From positions 3,884 through 67,883 of the forward strand of contig CAINDC010000196.1 in NCBI GenBank assembly GCA_903847275.1: a stretch of DNA of 64,000 nucleotides. The letters run 5' to 3'. The DNA is from an uncultured Pseudomonadota bacterium. GTDB taxonomy: Bacteria > Pseudomonadota > Gammaproteobacteria > Methylococcales > Methylomonadaceae. Position 1 is the first letter of the stretch, and each line of letters begins with the position of its first letter. Positions 58,149 through 64,000 of this stretch are shown here, piece after piece. Position numbers and translations under genes: made by a program. The notes under the pieces were generated by a model that did not search any database, was not told the origin of the DNA, and worked only from the letters and a program-made list of their open reading frames with translations.

Positions 58149-58619
58149 TTAACCTGATTTTTGCATTTTTTTAATAGACACAATGCACTCATCATTTTGC
58201 TCTGCGTTACGACGTTCATCACCTTTTGCCATTAAATCTGCCAATGTAATATTCGATAAATAACCATAAATATGCTCGCTTAATCCCGTCCACAAATCAT
58301 GTGTCAAACACATACTTTCGTGTTGGCAATTAGCTTCACCCGCGCATTTGCGAGAATCAATCGATTCATTCACTGCTTCAATAACTTGTGCGACACTAAT
58401 TTTTTGTGGATTTTGACTGAGTTGGTACCCACCTCCAGGACCACGAACGCCTCGCACAATATTCGCTTTTCGCAATCGTGCAAAAAGTTGTTCTAAATAC
58501 GATAATGAAATTGTTTGTCGCGCTGCAATTTCAGTCAGCGTGACTGGTTTTTCTTGACTATTAAATGCTAAATCAAGCATCGCCGTTACAGCGTAACGAC
58601 CTTTTGTAGTTAAACGCAC
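58149..58619 (-). CDS. iscR: Fe-S cluster sensor transcription factor
   Basis: RLTTKGRYAVTAMLDL, SLSYLEQLF, RGPGGGY, three Cys plus THDLW; GTG start at 58619. Confidence 0.93.
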   Translation of the reverse strand: MRLTTKGRYAVTAMLDLAFNSQEKPVTLTEIAARQTISLSYLEQLFARLRKANIVRGVRGPGGGYQLSQNPQKISVAQVIEAVNESIDSRKCAGEANCQHESMCLTHDLWTGLSEHIYGYLSNITLADLMAKGDERRNAEQNDECIVSIKKMQKSG

Positions 58620-58663
58620 AGTAAAATCCTTAGTAAAAATATGGAGAATTATGTTTAATATAC

Positions 58664-58688
58664 TTAACCTAGCAAAATAGTCAACTAT
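58664..58688 (-). promoter_or_regulatory. IscR type-1 autoregulatory site overlapping the -35
   Basis: ATAGTTGACTATTTTGCTAGGTTAA fits the IscR type-1 pattern (ATAGTTGAC half-site); contains TTGACT. Confidence 0.75.
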
Positions 58689-58704
58689 TGAACTATTGAA
58701 CCGA

Positions 58705-60087
58705 TTACACATCGACACTGTTTAATTGATATTTTTTTACTCGATAACGCAATGTTTCACGAGTGGTACCCAAATCTCGTGCCGCTGCAGTCAAATTATT
58801 TTCGGCACGTTCCAATGCCGTTTTGATAATAAATTTATCCATATCATCTAACGCCATGCTTCCATCGAGTGGCAAATGAATATGTGTACCATCTGCCGTC
58901 ACTTTTTCAGCGGACTTTCCAAGCTGTAACCATTGTTCTGGAAACGCAGAACCTTCGGCAAATAAAACGCAGCGTTCAATAACATTTCTTAATTCCCGCA
59001 CATTTCCACGCCAATCATGCGCTTTGAGTTTTTGCCAAACTTCGTTGGGTATTTGTTTAACGTGTTGACCTGCTTTCGCGTTGTATTCGGCGATAAATAA
59101 CGGCACGAGTTCATCTAAATCTTCAATAGCATCACGCAACGGCGGTAAATTGACCCGAAAAACATTTAAACGATGATACAAATCCGCCCGAAATGTTCCT
59201 GCTTGCGCCATATTTTCTAAATCTCGATTACTTGCCGCGATAATTTGCACATCAACGCTGATTTCTTTTTCGCTGCCGAGTCGGCGAACTTTGTGATCTT
59301 CGATAACTTTTAATAATTTCGCTTGAAGTTCTAATGGCATTTCGCCAATTTCGTCCATGAATAATGTGCCGCCGTCCGCTTGTTCTAATAAGCCTCGATG
59401 ACGACCTGTCGCCCCTGTAAATGCGCCTGCTTCGTGACCAAAAAGTTCTGATTCTAAAAGTTCACGCGGTAATGCGGCACAATTTACTTCAATCATAGGC
59501 TGAACTGCACGCGACCCACCATAATGTAAAATTCGTGCAATGAGTCCTTTGCCTGTTCCCGTTTCGCCCCCAATAATTAATGCACTAAAGGGAACTTTCG
59601 TGAGCTTCGTTAACAGTTGCCGAACCGCTTTCGCTTGTGAACTCTCGCCCACAAAAGCTTCGGGTGAATACCGTCGATGACCTTGTTTAGTTTGGTCGAT
59701 AACCCGACGAGACATTGATGCGCTGCGTGACGCGCTGGTAACAACCAAATCGAGACGGTCTAAATCGCAAGGTTTTTCTAAAAAATCATAAGCTCCCAAA
59801 CGCAATGCTCGTACCGAATCAGGCACATTTCCGTAACCCGTTAAAAATATCCATTCGGCAATACTGACTTGTTTTTTCATGGATTCCATAAAATCCAATG
59901 CGTTACCATCAGGTAAGTTCATATCTGATAAAATCAGCAACGGCTCAACCGTTTTTGAAATTAAAAGCTCTCGCGCCTCACTTAACGTGGTGATTAAAAC
60001 AACTTCCCAGCCCATTTGTTTGTAATGTCGCGACAATTCCAATCCAAGCAGTTTTTCATCTTCAATTATTAACAGCGTTTTTATCAT
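58705..60087 (-). CDS. Sigma54-dependent response regulator (REC-AAA+-Fis HTH)
   Basis: GETGTGKG, ESELFGHEAGAFTGA, FMDEIGE, WRGNVREL. Confidence 0.95.
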   Translation of the reverse strand: MIKTLLIIEDEKLLGLELSRHYKQMGWEVVLITTLSEARELLISKTVEPLLILSDMNLPDGNALDFMESMKKQVSIAEWIFLTGYGNVPDSVRALRLGAYDFLEKPCDLDRLDLVVTSASRSASMSRRVIDQTKQGHRRYSPEAFVGESSQAKAVRQLLTKLTKVPFSALIIGGETGTGKGLIARILHYGGSRAVQPMIEVNCAALPRELLESELFGHEAGAFTGATGRHRGLLEQADGGTLFMDEIGEMPLELQAKLLKVIEDHKVRRLGSEKEISVDVQIIAASNRDLENMAQAGTFRADLYHRLNVFRVNLPPLRDAIEDLDELVPLFIAEYNAKAGQHVKQIPNEVWQKLKAHDWRGNVRELRNVIERCVLFAEGSAFPEQWLQLGKSAEKVTADGTHIHLPLDGSMALDDMDKFIIKTALERAENNLTAAARDLGTTRETLRYRVKKYQLNSVDV

Positions 60088-61526
60088 TACTTTGTCCTAT
60101 TAAACTGATTCGGCAAAATCACCGTTACCACCGCGCCATCGTTATTACCCAGCGTTAAAACACCGTGATTATCTTTCACAAATCGTTGCACCATCGCCAA
60201 ACCTAATCCCGTCCCACGTTCACGACTGGTACGAAACGGGCGAATGCCATAATCTAACCATTCTTGTGCGAAACCCTGTCCGTTGTCGTGAACTTGAATT
60301 TGTAATTCGTCACCATTTTTACTTGCTGAAATTAAAATATCACCGCTTTTTCCTTCCAACGCATCAGCCGCATTAAGTAATAAATTCAATAACGCCTGAC
60401 GCAAACCACTTTCTGGCAAACAAACGAACAATGTTTCTGGAGTCGTAAATTGCAGATTAAGATTTTCAGAAATTTGATAACGCACCAACGTCACAAGATC
60501 GCGAATTAACACGCTCAAATCAAAACGACTCGGAATTTCGGGTGTATGTTTACTGGCGTTAAGCATTTCATTTAATAATTTTGCCAAACGTTTTAATTCA
60601 CTATCAATCAGCTCCAAACGTTCACATTGATTTTCGTTGTCGATTTCACGGCGCAAATTTTTAAATGCCATTTGAATTCCAGCCAATGGATTCCGAATTT
60701 CATGCGCTAATTCTGCTGATACTTCACCAATTGCTGCCAACCGTTCGGCACGAGCCAAACTATGTTGTTGTTCCAATAATGCTTGTGTCGCTAAACGCAC
60801 TTCTCGCTGCAACGATTGAGCATACTCTCGTTTAGTTTCTTCTAGTTCTGTTAAATGCTTCACCATCCCGTTGTAACTATAAAAAACGGGCAGCAATAAT
60901 GGATCAATGCGTTTGGTTGCAATCGGTGTGTAATTTTCGTCGGAAAGATGCTCTAAAAGTTCCCGCAAATCGTTTAATGGATGCAAAATTCGACGTTTTA
61001 AAAATAAAATCGCACCACTCAAAATCGTCGCAAACATTAACAACGCGATATATAACTCAGATTCTGTATCGATGTTAATGCCTTCAAGCATTTGTTCACG
61101 TTGCAACGTTTCGCTATCCAAAATTTCACTCATCGATTTTAAAACTTGAATCAAACTTTGTTGTTGCTGATTTTTATCGAGGCTTTTACTTTGCGCGAGT
61201 AAAGAACGCACCGTTTCTAAATGCTGACGTGTTTCTGTAGATAAATAATCACGGTCGGACATTAAACCGTCTATTTCCAATAGTAACGTCGTCAATAATT
61301 GCGGTGATAAGTTTCGGTCTTTATCATTCATGCGAGCAATAACAGCTTGTTGAAAATCTATCGACACATTTTGAATTCGGTGCGAATAATTGACGTAAGA
61401 AATAGCCGTGTTGAAATGATGATGTGTACGCCAAATCATACCGCCTAAAATACCAACTGCCAGAAGCAATAAACCTAAAAAAGCCAGTCCGCGTAATCTA
61501 GCTAAACGATAAGAAATAGAAGTCAT
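60087..61526 (-). CDS. Membrane sensor histidine kinase
   Basis: Two TM helices flanking a helical periplasmic domain; LAHEIRNPL; GTGLGL. Confidence 0.93.
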   Translation of the reverse strand: MTSISYRLARLRGLAFLGLLLLAVGILGGMIWRTHHHFNTAISYVNYSHRIQNVSIDFQQAVIARMNDKDRNLSPQLLTTLLLEIDGLMSDRDYLSTETRQHLETVRSLLAQSKSLDKNQQQQSLIQVLKSMSEILDSETLQREQMLEGINIDTESELYIALLMFATILSGAILFLKRRILHPLNDLRELLEHLSDENYTPIATKRIDPLLLPVFYSYNGMVKHLTELEETKREYAQSLQREVRLATQALLEQQHSLARAERLAAIGEVSAELAHEIRNPLAGIQMAFKNLRREIDNENQCERLELIDSELKRLAKLLNEMLNASKHTPEIPSRFDLSVLIRDLVTLVRYQISENLNLQFTTPETLFVCLPESGLRQALLNLLLNAADALEGKSGDILISASKNGDELQIQVHDNGQGFAQEWLDYGIRPFRTSRERGTGLGLAMVQRFVKDNHGVLTLGNNDGAVVTVILPNQFNRTK

Positions 61527-61556
61527 AAAACCTGCTGCATATAAAAATAAATTCGT

Positions 61557-62300
61557 TTATTTATGGAATTTTGGAATCCACATTTGATAAAGACTCAATA
61601 AAATCTGCATTCCCATTGAAATCCCCATTAACGCGCCACTTAAAATAACAACGTAAGCAAATTCAGGAATCGTTTTTGTAATAAACCATGACAACACGTC
61701 GAGCAACATCGCGGCGAATGGAACAACCATTGCAATACGTTTTACATAGATGTTTATTTCACACAACAAGAAAATTTTACCAATAAAAAATAAGATGAAC
61801 GCAATACCAAATAAATGAATGTGTGACACACGAATCAATGTCGGAATTGTCGCACCACCAGGTTTAGCAACTTCTGAAACACCTTCATAATTCGTCAAAT
61901 TGGGTAACGATGGATTGATAGTTGGCGTGTGACACATAATGCAATCACGATTCAAAATCGGTGCGATAGTGTCTTCATAAGCCGATTCAGACGCGCCACT
62001 ATGAATCCAACGCAAAATCACATCTTGGTCACTTTTGATTTTTAGGTTAGAAGCCATAATGCCTTTAACCGCCGTTCCTAAACGAGTTTGATTTGTCGAA
62101 CCATAATAACTAATTACGACATCTTCCACTGAAAGTCCTGCTTTGCCATCTAAACCTTGATGCGTGTAATACATATTCGCTAACGCTGCTAAATATCCCA
62201 AACCAATCGTCAGCAAAAAAACAGTATTCAAAATTCGTTCACTAATCGAAATATCTTTGAAGCGAATAAAGCGTTTTTCACCAATCATTCTGTCAGCCAT
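61557..62300 (-). CDS. Inner-membrane protein with a periplasmic c-type heme motif
   Basis: One N-terminal TM, loop containing CIMCH, then SHIHLFG and three more TM helices. Confidence 0.75.
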   Translation of the reverse strand: MADRMIGEKRFIRFKDISISERILNTVFLLTIGLGYLAALANMYYTHQGLDGKAGLSVEDVVISYYGSTNQTRLGTAVKGIMASNLKIKSDQDVILRWIHSGASESAYEDTIAPILNRDCIMCHTPTINPSLPNLTNYEGVSEVAKPGGATIPTLIRVSHIHLFGIAFILFFIGKIFLLCEINIYVKRIAMVVPFAAMLLDVLSWFITKTIPEFAYVVILSGALMGISMGMQILLSLYQMWIPKFHK

Positions 62301-62314
62301 AATCTGTAATCCCT

Positions 62315-62354
62315 AAAAAAGAAAGGCGTTCAAAATCTGCTTTTGAACGCCTTC
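62315..62354 (-). terminator. Intrinsic terminator/stabilising hairpin after the Cyc2-like gene
   Basis: Minus strand AAGGCGTTCAAAA-gcaga-TTTTGAACGCCTT then TCTTTTTT. Confidence 0.8.
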
Positions 62355-62378
62355 AGAAATAATAAACGTTGGGCGAAT

Positions 62379-63734
62379 TTAAAACGCCAACATTCCGTTA
62401 ATCATAAATGTATTGTTATCTGAAACTCGCTGTGTCGAACCATTCACTTTTGCAAAACCAATATATTGCAAGCTCGTCCGTAAATTCAACCATGGTGCGT
62501 GTACCGAACCACTTTTGCCAAAGGGAATATAAACCAATTCGGCGGTGTAATAATCGCTGTTTGGTTTGCCAATATCATAAAAAGTCGTTCCATCATCAGC
62601 TGTATTTAATGTCGAAACGTTTGATCCTTTCACGTTGTTATAAGCGAACGTCACGCCATAAGTTTGGTCGTAGGTGTAAGACGTATTGAATTTAAACGTA
62701 TTCAAATACGATTTCGCATTGGGGCTTAATTGGTTAGTCGTGCGCGTATAAGACAATTTTTGATCTTCGTAAATATAGGTCGTTTTAGCTTCAAAAATGT
62801 GTTTTGGATTTGCCATATATTGATAAGTCGCATCAAACGCAATGTCGGTATAACGATCACTTACACCCATGCTTTTATCACGACTTGGGAATACATTTGC
62901 CATCATTCCGTAATGCCCGACAGCGAAAAAGTGACCTTTCCAATCTTTTTGCAACGCCGCACGCCAATAAGGTGCTGCGCCGTCGAGTTCTAATCGGTCA
63001 CCTGTTGGAATGCCAATTCCTTTTTGAATACCATTCGCTAAACTTGTGTAACCACCTGCTTCTAAATACAACAAATTGTTAATCATTGTATAAGCCGTCG
63101 CGCCACCTACTTGAGCTGCAAGTCCACCATCAACTAATGCTGGTGTTCCCGCGCTGGGTTGTAATGCACTACCGTTGTATGGAAAACCCCAAGCTGTAGT
63201 GTTCCATAAATCTTGAACAGTGGGTGTATTGTTTACAGAAATGCCGTAAGTGACAGGCGTGTCCATAATATCGATATTGTCAGCAAAACGAATATCGGTA
63301 TTGTCCATCGCTGCTGCCTTTGAAACGCCGTCATAATTTAATTGAGCAAATGCCCCGACTTTGCCGTAAATTTTGCCAGCATAAAACGCATCAACAGCAT
63401 CGAATGTGAAGTTGTTGTTTTTATTATAGCCAGACGCTGGGAAATTAGCAGGGTCTTGGTCTTTATTTGTATTCGTAAATGAACCAGAAACCAACGCACT
63501 CATCGCAGGAATGTTAGAGCTTTTTCCGTTACTCATCGTGTAACCACCCAATTTAAAATCACGTCCAAACGGCGTTAAATTCGGACCAAAAGATTGGGTG
63601 TGACATTGATTACATGACGCACCTGTTTGACGAGTAAAACTTGGTAAAGCATTTGCTTCAAAGCTAGTAAATATGGTTGCTAATGTCACTGTAAAAAATG
63701 ACAGAGCAACTAATCGTTTTTTAAATTTATGCAT
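62379..63734 (-). CDS. Cyc2-like fused monoheme cytochrome c / outer-membrane beta-barrel
   Basis: Signal peptide then ALPSFTRQTGASCNQCH...PNLTPFGRDFKLGGY; alternating amphipathic strands; terminal Phe. Start at ATG 63734 (AGGAG RBS). Confidence 0.85.
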   Translation of the reverse strand: MHKFKKRLVALSFFTVTLATIFTSFEANALPSFTRQTGASCNQCHTQSFGPNLTPFGRDFKLGGYTMSNGKSSNIPAMSALVSGSFTNTNKDQDPANFPASGYNKNNNFTFDAVDAFYAGKIYGKVGAFAQLNYDGVSKAAAMDNTDIRFADNIDIMDTPVTYGISVNNTPTVQDLWNTTAWGFPYNGSALQPSAGTPALVDGGLAAQVGGATAYTMINNLLYLEAGGYTSLANGIQKGIGIPTGDRLELDGAAPYWRAALQKDWKGHFFAVGHYGMMANVFPSRDKSMGVSDRYTDIAFDATYQYMANPKHIFEAKTTYIYEDQKLSYTRTTNQLSPNAKSYLNTFKFNTSYTYDQTYGVTFAYNNVKGSNVSTLNTADDGTTFYDIGKPNSDYYTAELVYIPFGKSGSVHAPWLNLRTSLQYIGFAKVNGSTQRVSDNNTFMINGMLAF

Positions 63735-63744
63735 AATTTCTCCT

Positions 63745-64000
63745 TTATTTACCACTTTTTAAAATACTAACGAGCCATGTAATTTCGTCTGATTCAAACG
63801 TTGATTTCCACGGTGGCATTGCTGTGCCTTTTCGACCATTGGTAATCGTTGTAATCAATAAATCATCTGCCTTATTTGCTAACGCGTCAGGTTTAAGTGA
63901 GGGTCCCATTGCACCTTGTAATTCCGGACCATGACAACCACTGCAACTATTTTGCAATAAAGCACGAATTTCAGTTTGACGTTCGGCGGACGGTTCAGCC
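63745..64000 (-). CDS. NirC (c55X)-like monoheme cytochrome c (5' end beyond window)
   Basis: Frame is open to the window edge: AEPSAERQTEIRALLQNSCSGCHG...GRKGTAMPPW; paralogous to 44010..44312. Confidence 0.85.
   Translation of the reverse strand, partial: AEPSAERQTEIRALLQNSCSGCHGPELQGAMGPSLKPDALANKADDLLITTITNGRKGTAMPPWKSTFESDEITWLVSILKSGK

Noticed and set aside
58620..58718. N-terminal extension of iscR in the ORF track
   Set aside because: Overlaps the promoter and IscR site; homology begins at GTG 58619.

Overview
AT-rich chromosomal window from a gammaproteobacterium, most likely a Methylococcales-type methanotroph/methylotroph (inferred from two tandem methylene-H4MPT dehydrogenases, formate-THF ligase and glyA). 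The backbone is housekeeping genes (glyA, kdsA, pyrG, pnp, rpsO, truB, lpxH, cysS, rplM-rpsI, rplU-rpmA-obgE-proB, iscR-ispG-pdxA-rsmA) whose usual operons are often broken up. Between them lie scattered denitrification genes (napD-napA, nirJ, two NirC-like cytochromes), many signalling genes, an orphan hypF, a PIN toxin-antitoxin pair and an Rpn-family nuclease. Four candidates stand out. (1) A type IV minor-pilin operon is headed by a 2480-aa secreted protein with 17 Ig-like repeats. It has no recognisable PilY1/PilC beta-propeller, yet it ends in a PilY1-like terminal motif (RGQLNWKEVVK), suggesting a propeller-less pilus-tip adhesin. (2) A Cyc2-like cytochrome-porin is flanked by a small periplasmic cytochrome c and an inner-membrane monoheme cytochrome, followed by a sigma54 two-component system. 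(3) A candidate ~88-nt sRNA with an anti-Shine-Dalgarno-like loop lies behind tandem RegA-like boxes upstream of the mtdB pair. (4) The same CBS-pair sensor is fused to both a Pho-box-preceded EAL/GGDEF protein and a neighbouring class III nucleotide cyclase. No rRNA, tRNA, CRISPR array or complete IS element was seen. All family calls are from motif recognition by eye; no searches were run.
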